DNA of 64,000 nt from Cetorhinus maximus. Taxonomy: Eukaryota. The position numbers and the translations under genes are program-made. Location of the stretch: NCBI RefSeq assembly GCF_964194155.1, contig NC_135890.1:117986001-118050000 (forward strand). The letters run 5' to 3'. Positions 26,860 through 38,441 of this stretch are shown piece by piece. Below the pieces are notes generated by a model, which did no database searches, was not told where the DNA came from, and worked only from the letters and a program-made list of their open reading frames with translations. Each line of letters starts with the position of its first letter. Within the stretch, counting starts at the first letter, position 1.

Positions 26860-29610
26860 TAACGCTTCTGAGTCCAACTAAATTAACAAAAACGGGGACA
26901 AAGTAAAAGGCAGCCCCTTAAAGGGATACTGCAAAAGAAAAACAAATCACAAAGGAAACTTGCAACATCAAATCAAAATGTGATTAAAGGGGTCAATAAA
27001 GCACCCGAGACCCCACGGTGCCCACTGAGCACGGAAGGCCTCAATGGTGCCAGCAGACATCGCGTGCTCCCTCTCCAGGGACACCCGGCCGCGGGAGTGC
27101 AGCCGGACAACCCCTTCAATCGCCCACTGTCTGGACCTGTTGATGGCCAACTTGGCCGGGCCCAGGAGCAGGTTCACGAGGAGATCCTCCTTCCTTCCTA
27201 CACCCCACTGCGAACCAGGTGTCCATAGATCAAGAGCGTGGGACTGAAGTGCAAACAAAACGAAACAAAAGGAAAAGGTTTTTCAAAATACAAAAATTGG
27301 GAGTGCAGTCTACAACAACTTATATAAGCCTGGTCCTCAGCCTCCACAAGTCTGCAAAAGACACAGGCATCTTTGGAGTCCATGAACCGACACATCCTAC
27401 AGTTGTACGGGACTGCTGCAGGCAACACCCTCCACCCCAGGTCCCCAATGGTAAGGGGGAAGGACTTCCATGTAGAGAGCCCGCCACTGGGGACCTCCAC
27501 TGCCGGACGGCAACAAGGGACATCAGGGTGTGTCCAGACGGCAGGCGATAGTAAGGAGGCGAAGGGTGTGCAGCAGCAGCCCGTACAGGAAAACCCTCTG
27601 CATAGTGCTAAAGGGCACGGAGGCCATTTCCGTGAGGCAACTTAGGTTGTGGGGCTCTGGCTCCCAAGGGAAGATTCGGGGCTTGGGGCCAATGTGGAAT
27701 TCCGTCCAAGCAGGGGTTCGTTTGGACGGGAGTTCACCGCACATCTCAGCGTCATCGATGACATCGGGGCCGAGTGCGACCATCCTAAGGTCATGGATGG
27801 CATTGTCCACGAGTCACATGTCCACTAATACGCGATGCGCCAACTATTGCGGAATCATCCAGCCCACTCCTCTGTCACCCAGCACATGCCCGATCCTGGT
27901 CACCCCGGCAGCCACAGGCCTACCCTCTGTTTGCCACCTAAAGTGCTGCAGGTGCGGATTCCTGAGCAGCGGCACGAGGCGACCATGTTCCAGACTTTGA
28001 TCAGGTCCTGGTAAGAGACGGGCAACGTCTGCAAGGGGCCACAAAGGCCCCTCAGGTCTATAAACAGGAACTGCATGTCTCAATTCAGGCCGTGCACCTG
28101 GCAGAAGAAATGCGTCGCCAGGGCACACCATCTCAGAAGAAGTTAAGATGTAACTCTTTTGAGTCAACCATGTAAACTAAATTAACAAAGTAAAAGGCAG
28201 ACCTTTAAAGGGAAACTGCAAAAACAAAAACAAAATTTAAAGGAAACTTGCAAACATTAAACCAAAATATGATTAACGGGTCGATAAACACCCCAGTCCC
28301 AGCGGTGCCCACCAAACATGGAAGGCCTCGACAGTACTGGCGGACACAGCGTGCTCCCTCTCCAGGGGTGCCAGGCTGCGAACATAGCCGTGGCAGACAG
28401 GCGGGTTGGACGACCCCCCTTGATCGCCCGCTGCCTGGACCTATTAATGGGCAACTTGGCCAGGCCCAGGAGCAGTAGGTTCCCCTCCCTCCCGGCCCCT
28501 CTCCGCACCAGGTGCCCATAAATCAGGAGCGTGGGACTGAAGTGCAAGCAAAACAACGGTAAAAGGTTTTTCAAATAACTGAAAAGGGAGTGCAACCTAC
28601 AACGCCCTATGTAGACATGGTCCACAGACTCCACAAGGCCGCAAAAGACGCAGGTATCTTGGGAGTCCGTGAACCGACACATCCTACGGTTTTACGGGAC
28701 TGCTGTGTGCAACACCCTCCACCCCAGGTCCCCGATGGAAAGCGGGAGGACATCCCCATAGAGGGCCCCCCCACTGGGGACCTCCGCCGCTGGATGGCAA
28801 CAAGGCATGGCAGGGCGTGTCCAGGTGGCGGGCGAGGGCAAGGAAGTGAAGAGTGTGCAGCAGCAGCCCATACTGGAAACCCCTATGCGCCGTGCTAAAG
28901 GCCACGGAGGGCGTTTCCGCGAGGCGTCTCAGGTTGTGGGGCACCGGCTCCCCAGGGAGGGTTCAGGGATTGGGGCCAACGTGGAATTCCATCTGAACGA
29001 GGGTACCCTCGGATGGAAGACCTCCGTGCACCTGCGCCATCTCAAAACCCAGAATGACGCCAGGGCCGAGCACGACCATCCTAAAGTCTTGAATGGTATT
29101 GGTTGCAAGCTGGACATCCACGGACGCACGATGCGCCAACTCTTGTGGTATCCAGCCCACTCCTCCACCACCCAGCACGTCCCCGATCCTGGTCACCCTG
29201 GCAGCCACGGCCCACCTCCACCAACCACTGAAAAGGGCGAAGGGGCGGATTCCTGAGCAGTGGCTCTCTGACGATAGCCGCTACTCCTGACGGCGGAGAA
29301 CCGCGTCGCGAGGCGACCATGTTCCAGACTTTGATCAGGTCCTGGTGAAAGACGGGCAACGCCTGCAAGGAGCCACGAAGGCCCCTCAGGTCCACAAACA
29401 GGATGCACGCCATAATTTTGGCCGTGCACCTGGTGGAAAAAATGCGTTGCCAGGGCACACCATCTCGGAGGAAGTTAAGAAGATGTAACACTTTTGAGTC
29501 AAAACATATAAACTAAATTAACAAATCAAGGGACAAATTAAAAGGGAAACTGCAAAAGCAAAAGACAAAATTTAAAGGAAACTTATAAGCATTAAATCAA
29601 AATGTGGTTA
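26860..29610 (-). mobile_element. Tandem array of Tx1/L1-type 3' fragments (two ~1.3 kb units plus a third tail)
   Basis: Minus-strand LPVFHQDLIKVWNMV, REPLLRNP, GDLGWRVL and the zinc knuckle CVFCGLVESVDHVYIGRC. Tail motif tgtaac..ttttgagtca..aactaaattaacaaa recurs at ~26860, ~28148 and ~29484. Confidence 0.8.
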
Positions 29611-29619
29611 AGATGTGGT

Positions 29620-32600
29620 TGCACAGCCTGGGCATGGGTGTTAATCACTTATACATAATGTTCACTATTGTAAATAAACTCCCAAGAACGTCTCCCTGCC
29701 AGTGGGTCCTGGTTCTGATGAACAGTGTTCGTGTCACTCAGATATGAAACCTTGGTTCCTGCACAAGATAAAGGCAGGTGTCTCAATCCAGGGCTTCTTC
29801 CCTGTGCTTTGTGCAGCCTTCAGACCAAAGTGATGGTCCAGCCTCACACCCCCTGGACACATTAGTGATGCCTGCACCTCGACAGTGCTTGTTATTGCTG
29901 CCAGAATATCATGGGGAAACGTTACAGAATTCCGTCATTCTCTCTGTGTGTTCTCAGCATCTTTAAGGTGGGGCTGGCCCCCATCTCTTCAGCATCTGTG
30001 TCCGGTGACGCTATGATCCCAAAGGGGTCAGGTGCTGAAGGCGGACAAAGGATCAGGCGCTTTTAAAGTTTCATGGCTGCGTCTCTAGGATATGATCTTG
30101 ATCACAGAGCACAAGCGAGCTGCCCTCGGCCAGACAGGAGTCAGACATTCTCAGAGGCAACGTGAAGATCTATGGAGTGTCCTCACTGCATGTCGTCATC
30201 ATCCTCCCTGAATCAAGCGACTACTAGGGCCTCCACTCCATGACAGGAGCATTCTCACGGAGGGTATGTGCGCTGCCATAAGCCAGACTGGAGTCAAACA
30301 TTCATAGATGTGATGTGAGGATCCATGGTGTCTCCTCACTGCATTTCATCATCATCCTCCACAAATCTAGCAGCTATGAGGGTCTCCCGAGCGCACCTAC
30401 CTCGTCTGGCCACTGCGAGGGACTCATCACTGTTATTGTCACCTTCGAGGGCCACCTCACCCTCATCATAGTTGACTTCCTCCTCAATGGAGGAGACCTC
30501 CAGTTCCCGTATCTCCTCCTCAGCCAACTCCTCTCCCCGTTGCAATTCCAGGTTGTGAAGGCTGCAGCAAGCAACGATGATGTGTGACACCCTCTGTGGA
30601 CTATATTGCAGGGCTCCACCAGACCAGTCCAGGCACCAGAACCTCATCTTCAGCATCCCGATGGTTTGCTCCAGCAAGTTGTGAGTTGCAGCATGAGCCT
30701 CATTGTACCTTCTCTCTGCTGCAGTCTGAGGCTGCCACACGGGTGTCATCGGCCACAGCCTCTGTGGGTAGCCCTTGTCCCCGAGGAGCCAACTCTGCAG
30801 CTTCTGTGGACCCTAGAAGATGTCAGGGATCTGTGACCGACTGAGAGTGTAGGAGTCATGGACACTCCCTGGAAACTGTGTACAGACCTGTAGTATGCGT
30901 TTGTGGTGGTCGCACACCAGCTGCACATTCAGCCTTTGCAGTTGACATAGTTGACCCCTTGCTGCGATGGAGATCTGAGCACCTTGTGAATGCAGTCGAT
31001 CACACCCTGCACCTGTGGGAAACCTGACACCTGGGCAAGTCCAATCACTCTTGCATCCTGGCTGTCTTGGTCCTGGGCGAAATGCACAAAGTTGTGTGCC
31101 CTTGCTAAGATGGCATCCGTGACCTGTTGGATGCATTGTGGAGGCTTGTGAGATCCCACAGAGGTCACCTGTGGAGCTCTGAAAGGAGCCACTGGTGTAG
31201 AAATTGAGCACCATGGTCACTGTCACAGCCACTGGCAGTGAATGCCCTTCATGCCCCCATGGTGCCCAATCCTGTGGTAGCTGGCAGATGTGACCAACCA
31301 GGTCCCTAGACATGCACATTCTTCGGCAACACTGGTTCTCGATCATCTACAGGAATGAAAGGAGGTGTCTATAGACCCTGGGTCTAGCTAGGCACCAACC
31401 AACAACGCGTCAGCGTGTGTGTGGAAGCCCCAGCTGTCCCTCCTTCCTGAGTGTGCTGCTCCTCCCTCTGCGCAACCAGGCGCCTCTGTCATTCTCTTCT
31501 CCGTTACCTCCACTCTCTGTACACCATGAGGCCTACAGCTAGTTCACCAGGCTCCATGGTCCTGATATGCTTCTCCTGCAGGATGGAAGACAGAGACATG
31601 TGGGTTAGCTTGGTTAAGTCTGAAGCCCCTTAATGCATCCCGGAGAGTGTTGACCACCACTTGGATGGCCAGAGATTAGTGCGCTGTATGGCTGCTCGAA
31701 ACCCCACCTTCCTCCGCCTCACTCCACCCGGCCGATTGGCGGCATCCTTGCTCATTGGGCTGCATACTGTGCTCTCAGCTCAGGCACAGACATTCTCCTA
31801 ACCCGCACTGCGAGGCTGCACTGTTAGCCTGAACCATGGGGGAGACTGGTCCAAACCAGGATGATGACATTGCAAGGGGCTGTGAGCACTTCCAGCAGTG
31901 ACTGCTCCACGGCCAGCTTTAGTGAGGAGGCAACATGCCCAGATGTCCAACTGTTCTGCAGTCCACTAAAACGCTTATTGGTTTGCAGTCTGTGCCCAAG
32001 GGGTGAAAAGCTCTGGAGCACTTGGTGGCCCTTTCATGCCTCTGCGTTGCTCGAGTGGGCAGATAAGCTAGAGGCCCTAATCCAATCATGTTAATGTAGC
32101 TGCACCTGAACTGTCTCAGCTGCAGAGGAATGGTCACTTTATACAAGGTTTCCCTAATGTGTGGCCACTTCCCTCTCCCACCCCCCTGCACGTGCTCGTG
32201 CACTACCTTCAACCGCAGGGCAGCCTTTGCACCCTCCCCCCTTCCAATGTGCCTCAACCTTGAAGCCCAACAGGTGACCTGGGTGAGCGCTGCGCAACCT
32301 TCCTGTGCGCTCACCTCCGAGTTCCCCTCAAAGTGCATCCCGCCAAGCGCACGCCTTATATATGCTGTTGTGAAAAGCATCAGCGTGATGGCAAACGGTC
32401 AAGCGTGGAGGGATGATTCCGGCGGACTAGCCTTATAATGATATGCGGGTGTTTTACAATGAGGTTCCCAAAGTCTGATGCCTGGAAACGCGGCCCCGCC
32501 ATCGATGGGCTGAGCGAATGATCGCAAACTGGTTTCACAACGTTGTGAGACTGATTTCTGGCCTTCTCGCCTTATTGTCCACTCACACCACCGAGCACAT

Positions 32601-32630
32601 CCGATGCCTGCGGGCACAGAAAATTCCACA
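29620..32630 (-). mobile_element. PIF/Harbinger DNA transposon remnant (HARBI1-like transposase pseudogene ~30336-31557)
   Basis: LNFYTSGSFQ..GDLCGISQ, GFPQVQGVIDCIH, NVQLVCD...FPGSVHDS and YNEAHAAT..LLEQTIGMLKMRF.CL..SGGALQYSP....IIVACCSLHNL. TIR-like end aaaattccac at ~32620. Confidence 0.88.
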
Positions 32631-33286
32631 CAATGTGATCATTTTAATGCAATGCCAATTGACCTCTCTGATCAAGAAAGGGAGCAATTTAAATCATTCT
32701 AATTTCATTCCTGTATGTAGAGCTTTTTAAAAAATATTTACATTTTTTGTCTTTTCTCCCAAAATCCAATCTTTATTTCTTTTTCCGTAACTTATTTGAT
32801 ATTATACCATCCTTCTATGTTGCTCCAGTTTCTTTAACAATCCTTAAATCTCATGAGTCTGGGAATTCACTATGATTCCAGATGTATCATTGCCCTCGCT
32901 ACCCCACTGTCAGTTTTCATTTTCAGTAAGTTACAACACAAACATTTTTTGAGCAGAAGGGTGCAGGAATAACTGATTACATACGCCATGAGATGCCCCA
33001 CTCCAGCAAGATCTGACCTTGTATTGTTCTGAAATTACTGAACTGTCTCCACAGTTCCACTGCCCCTCCCAGGTGTCAATTCTACAGACACTGACGCATT
33101 CTGGGAGCCTGCTGCTAGACTTAACTCTGATCCTTCAAACTAAGCAAAATTCAAGCTTCGGGCTTCTACAACATGGAGTAGCTTCTGATCAAAAACAAGG
33201 CAACAGAGTTAATTCAAGCCCTTTCCAATCTAACTAATATAAGCACAAATGGGAGTGAGTTGCCAACGCTTCAACATTTAAATTTA

Positions 33287-33386
33287 GTTCTGTTGAAGGG
33301 TCATGAGGACTCGAAACGTCAACTCTTTTCTTCTCCGCCGATGCTGCCAGACCTGCTGGGTTTTTCCAGGTAATTCTGTTTTTGTA
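33287..33386 (+). mobile_element. Solo Penelope pLTR with hammerhead-like motif and 9-bp TSD
   Basis: ctgttga-agggtc-atgag-gactc-gaaa-cgtc; ttaaattta at both 33278-33286 and 33387-33395. Confidence 0.7.
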
Positions 33387-33569
33387 TTAAATTTACAGGC
33401 TGCATTTTGGTTACACTTTTCCTGAAAGGACCAAACGGGTCTTTAATGCAAATGATTTAGTTGCATGAATAAATCTTCTGTTCACTCTTGCTTTTACTAA
33501 CAATCCACCTTTGAGAGTTTCCTCTTATAAAGCCCCTATAACGGGCTTTATGCTTTATTTCCTTATGCA

Positions 33570-33952
33570 AATTGATTGAAACCTATAAGATCCTGAGGGG
33601 TCTTGACAGGGTCAAAGCAAAGAGGATGTTTCTTCTTGTGGAAGAATCTAGAAACAGGGGTCACTGTTTAAAAATAAGGGGTTGCCCATCTAAAACAGAT
33701 GAGGCAAAGTTTTTTCACTCTGAGGGTCATGATAGTTTGGAACTCTCTTCCTGAAAAGGTGGTGGAAGCAGAGTCTTTGAATATTTTTAAGGCAGAGATG
33801 GATAGATTCTTGGTAAGCAAGGGGGTGATAGGTTATCGGCGGTAGGTGGGATGTAGATTTCAGGTAACTACCAGTTCAGCCACGATTTTATTAATTGGCG
33901 GAGCAGGCTGAAGGGCTGAATGGCCTACTCCTGCTCCTTCTTCATATGTCCG
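33570..33952 (+). mobile_element. CR1 3' fragment
   Basis: LIETYKILRGLDRV..RMF.L and CR1 tail ggcctactcctgctcc. Confidence 0.85.
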
Positions 33953-34714
33953 TAAGTGCTTATTGTTATTTTCTCATAGGGATAGTCTTTTCTGCATCCC
34001 TTGAAAAGGAGATTCCAAACATTCCAAGAAGGGATTAAAGATCAGACTCCTGGACACAGGTGTGAGTGAACCATAGAGATAAATATTATCGGGGCATTTA
34101 GAAAAAAATGAATATCTTTTCATTTGTTTTTAATACTAATTTATTTGTAATAAAAACTATTGAAGATGGGGAGGAAATATAGATGAATTGGGATTTTTTT
34201 TTGGTGGTGGCAGGTCATGTGATGAAACCTCCATGACTACATTGAAACAGAGTTGGAAACTTGGGTGAACTTGCATTTACATTTTCCAGTGTGGCCTCCT
34301 TCTTACACTTAATCACCCCCTAGCATCAAAAGTTACTTTTGGCTTTCATCTCTATTAAAATATCACCTAAATACAAGTTTTCTTCCACCACCAAGCTGTT
34401 AATCATTTCTGGTGTTCTGTTGATTACTAAATCTAGTGTTATTTCTAGTGTTCTGTTGATTACTAAATCTTGTGTGCCGTCTGCCCTGGTGCCCTCTATC
34501 ATGTGTTGGTTTAAGCAGTTTCGAATCATCTCTCTGAAAACATTTATACTTTTGCTCCTCTCTTCCAATTGTCTGAACCTTTTACCTGAGAGATACTTCA
34601 ATCGCATTATGGTTCTCTCTACCTTACCTAGTCTTATAAAAACACCAAGTATCTCTCACCTTGACTTGCTGGCTGCTAGCCAATTTTCATTTCTTAACCA
34701 ATAGATGTTGACCA

Positions 34715-35070
34715 GGAACAAAATACTGTGGATGCTAGAAATCTGAAATTAATGGAAAATGCTGGAAATACTCAGAAGCTCAGGCAGCATCCATGGAGAC
34801 AGAAACAGCAAATATTTCAGGTTGATGATCCTTCATCAGTGCTGGGTGTTAGAGATTTAAGATTTTAAGAAAATAGAGGCAGGGAAATGAGGGAGGAAAG
34901 AACAAAAGGGAAGGTCTGTGAGAGGGTGGAGGGTAGGAGAGATTACTTGATGAAAAGGAGTTCGGTGCAAAGCAAAAGGTGGTGGTATTGGGGAAAGTAA
35001 AGAAATAAAGATAGGTCTAGAGGAGGTGTAAATGGCAACAGCAGCAACATTACCAGCATCTGCTGTCTGA
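34715..35070 (-). mobile_element. Penelope pLTR and 3' UTR fragment
   Basis: Same repeat as 270-600 (gctggaaatactcag...gcagcatc...tttcaggttgatgatccttcatcag). Confidence 0.65.
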
Positions 35071-35644
35071 AACAGAATGGCTGAAGAGGATTGATACTGG
35101 ATTAGGGAAATATTCTGAACTCCATATTGCTATCAAAGGAGTGGATTTTTGCTGATCTCTGTTTTAACAACAGACATTTATTGACTTGTTATATCACAGA
35201 ATCTGCGACCCTGATCAAGCAAAACTGGGATGGGTATACCGACCAAAGAAACATTTCTCCTCATGGGTTCAAGATACTTCACCATGGAAGTACACTCCTA
35301 GAACTGTTTTCAACAGTAGGGGGAGAACGATGCTTAGTTTTCTGCATTGATGGGGAAAGAATTGTGTTAGGATGAGACAGCATTACAACTTTTCTGGAGT
35401 GAGGCATCTCGTGACATGTCCCATTAGACTTTTTCCAACATCCCTCAGGTCAAAGGATTTTTGCACCATAACTTGCTCAAAATGCAAACTGATAGCCACA
35501 CGGCAAGGGCAACAAGACATCTGGGATCTCAGTGAACTTAACCAATGAGACAAAAGGAAAAATAGAGAAGGAAAAAGAGTGAATTAGAGTCTAATCGGGT
35601 GCAGAAAGAAATAGAGAGAGAAGGAAAGATTGGATTAAGAGATA

Positions 35645-36140
35645 CATGTGAACATATGAATCAAGAGCAGTAGTCAACTGGACCCCTCAAGCCTGATCCG
35701 CTATTCAATAAAATCATGGCTGATCTGAATGTAACCTTAATCCCACATTCCTGCCTACTCCCGATAACTTTTCACCCCCTTGTTAATCAAGAAATCTATC
35801 TAGCTCTGCCTTAAAAATATTCAAAGATTCTACTTACCACCTATTGAGGAAGAGAGTTCCAAAGACTCACAACCCTCTGAGAAAAAAAATTTCACCTTAT
35901 CTCTGTCTTAAATGAGCGACCCCTTATTTTTGAACAGTGACCCCTAGTTCTAGATTCTCCCACAAGAGGAAACATCCTCTCCACATCCACCCTGTCAAGA
36001 CCCCGCAGGATCTTAAAGGTTTCAATCAAGTCGCCTCTTACTCTTCTAAACTCCAGTGGATACGAGCTTAACCTGTCCAACCTTTCCTCATAAGACAACC
36101 CTCCCAATCCAGGTATTAGTCTAGTAAACTTTCTCTGAGA
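35645..36140 (-). mobile_element. CR1 3' fragment
   Basis: GLSYEERLDRL..YPLEFRRVRGDLIETFKILRGLDRVD. Confidence 0.88.
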
Positions 36141-36969
36141 TATGAAGGAGAAGTAAAGTTAAGATTCAATATTATTCAAATTTGTAAGAACAACTTACCA
36201 CCTGAGGGGAATGTGACTCCATGGTTTGAATTGTTCAATTTCTCAGTCAGAGAGTTTCATCAGCATTGCATTGATAATTATCACATTGTTAAAAAGGAAC
36301 TCACACTGTTAGTAACAGGACGGAACATTCTGTGGCAAGTTCAATGGTCAATTAATGTGCAAATCCTTCAAGTTCTTAGGCTGAGGGTAAGATGCTGTTT
36401 GAACAAAGTAAGCAATGTGAAATGAACAGTAAATTCTGACGAGCAAGGACACTATATCTCTTCATCCCAAACTTGCTGGCTGACTTGCACGTTAATAACA
36501 TGCATGCATTATTAACGCACTATTATTTTTCCAGCTACATCTGACCCAGTTTTGTTTAAAATTTTCTCTTCTCTCTCTCCTGAAGGCTGTATCAGGATTC
36601 CTCAAGCTTCAGGCAATTTCCAGCACTTTGCACAGTTGGCCAATCTTTTCAAGTGAATCTGCTCAATGATTGTCAGCAGCTCTTCAACCATCATAGCCAA
36701 GTATGATTTTGTTCTTATTCGATCTTCAATCAAGAGCACCTAATAGCAGGATATCATGGGATAGGAACAGGGAAACCAATTGAGTAATCCCAAAATTACA
36801 CTTCAAACTTTTTGACCCACGTTTTGTTATACTCCAGAAAGTCAACTGGTGAAGGATAGAACTGGAACCAACCTTTATCCACTTTTATAAGCATTTATTT
36901 ACAGAGTTACACATTACAAGCGAGCACCTTTTTAAAAAAATTCTTTCACAGGATGTGGGTGTCACCACA

Positions 36970-38441
36970 TTACTCATTTGTGTGATAGGCAGAATATCTT
37001 TTTGGCTTGATGACAGCATCCTGTTAGTGACGAATGCCACTCATGTTGCTACTTAATAGTAGCAGCATGAAACAGCTAGCTTCACCTGTTGCTCAAATTT
37101 TTGAGATACCTTGCCCTTCCAGGGTAATCTGAGGTAGACTGGGCACTTTTCAGGGCTGAAAGTGACGGCCTTAAACCCGTTCATGAGTTTGCGCAATAAA
37201 CAGCACAAAATAATCTGATCAGGTTAGCTAGTATCCCACAGAGTGCCTTTGATATGCCCTATCTTGGCATCAAACTTGCATGGTAAGCAAACAGCTCAGG
37301 TCTTATTTACAAAGTTGCTGATGAGGCCAATCTTATAGCATGTGGAACTGTAAGAATCTCAACACGTATTTTGACCAGTGAAGGTAAGTTTGCAGTAGAG
37401 AATCACCTGGCAGATTTCTCAACTAGTACGTTAAGGAAAGGGAGCTCATTTGACTGTTCCATTTCAAAGGTGAATTTGAGTACAGGATGGAGCCCATTAA
37501 GACATGCAAGGAAATTATTATATGCAGCTGCGGATTTAAATATAGTAAACGTATCATACACCTATCAGAAATATGCGCTGGGGAAGGAGGTTAGGTATCA
37601 TTCCATCAAAGACACATTTCTCATGGAAGCCAACAAAGATTTTGGCGAGAGCTGGGCCTAGAGGAGATCCCATGGCAACGCCATCTATTTGGGCATACAT
37701 GGTTCCATTAAAACTGAACTCAACTGTGCAAGTTGCCGAATTCATAAGTTTGATGAATACTGATTAACACAATGGTGGTGGGTCTAGATCTCCATGACAT
37801 TGTGCTGCAGTGCAGATATCTATGGCTTCCTTAAGTGGAACATTGGTGAATAGACTAGCAACGTCAAATGAGCACTTGGACACAGCATTGCTGTCAATAT
37901 GCAAGTCTGTATGGTCTTCGCAAATGTGAAGGACTCCTTCACCCGTGTATGTGGAAAACTTGTTCAAAACTGGTTGTAACAATTTGCCCACCCATTAGGC
38001 CAAATCATGTTGTGCAGAACCGGTCATAGATAAGATAAAGGGGCATCACTTGTGTGTGTCTTAGGCAGATCATACTTACACGGACACACTGAGCCGTGAG
38101 GATGAACCCTGTCCTATATATCATGTGGCAGCTCATCGCTCTTACACAAGTCCTGCAAGCGTTTATTTAGCTTACTTTTGAGAAAGGCAGTCTGGACATG
38201 TTGAGCAGCAGGTCCAATGGATACGAATTTGGACCCATCATTAAGAATGGCGTGCATTTTGTTACTATAATCATGCTTGATAAGGATGATTATTCCCATC
38301 ACTTTCACTATGGCAGCACCTCTACCAATTAGAGTCCACTTGCCAACCAATCAGCACTGTCTTCTCCTACAGTATAAATTGTTGGTCCCCTTGGTATTCT
38401 TTCGAATTGTCCTGATGAGTGCAAGATGAAAAGCTTCAACA
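36970..38441 (-). mobile_element. Penelope-like RT fragment with an oppositely oriented pLTR (~38310-38441)
   Basis: SFDVASLFTNVPLKEAIDIC and FSFNGTMYAQIDGVAMGSPLGPALAKIFVGFHEK. A plus-strand TATA (gtataaa) and CTGATGA..GAAA motif lie at the upstream end. Confidence 0.85.

Noticed and set aside
30336-31557. Domesticated HARBI1 gene
   Set aside because: Multiple frameshifts and stops plus a TIR-like end indicate a dead transposon copy.
34326-34704. Overlapping ORFs containing a ~36-bp tandem duplication
   Set aside because: Decayed CR1 endonuclease-like fragment on minus (NQHMIEGTR...DLVI) with a local duplication.
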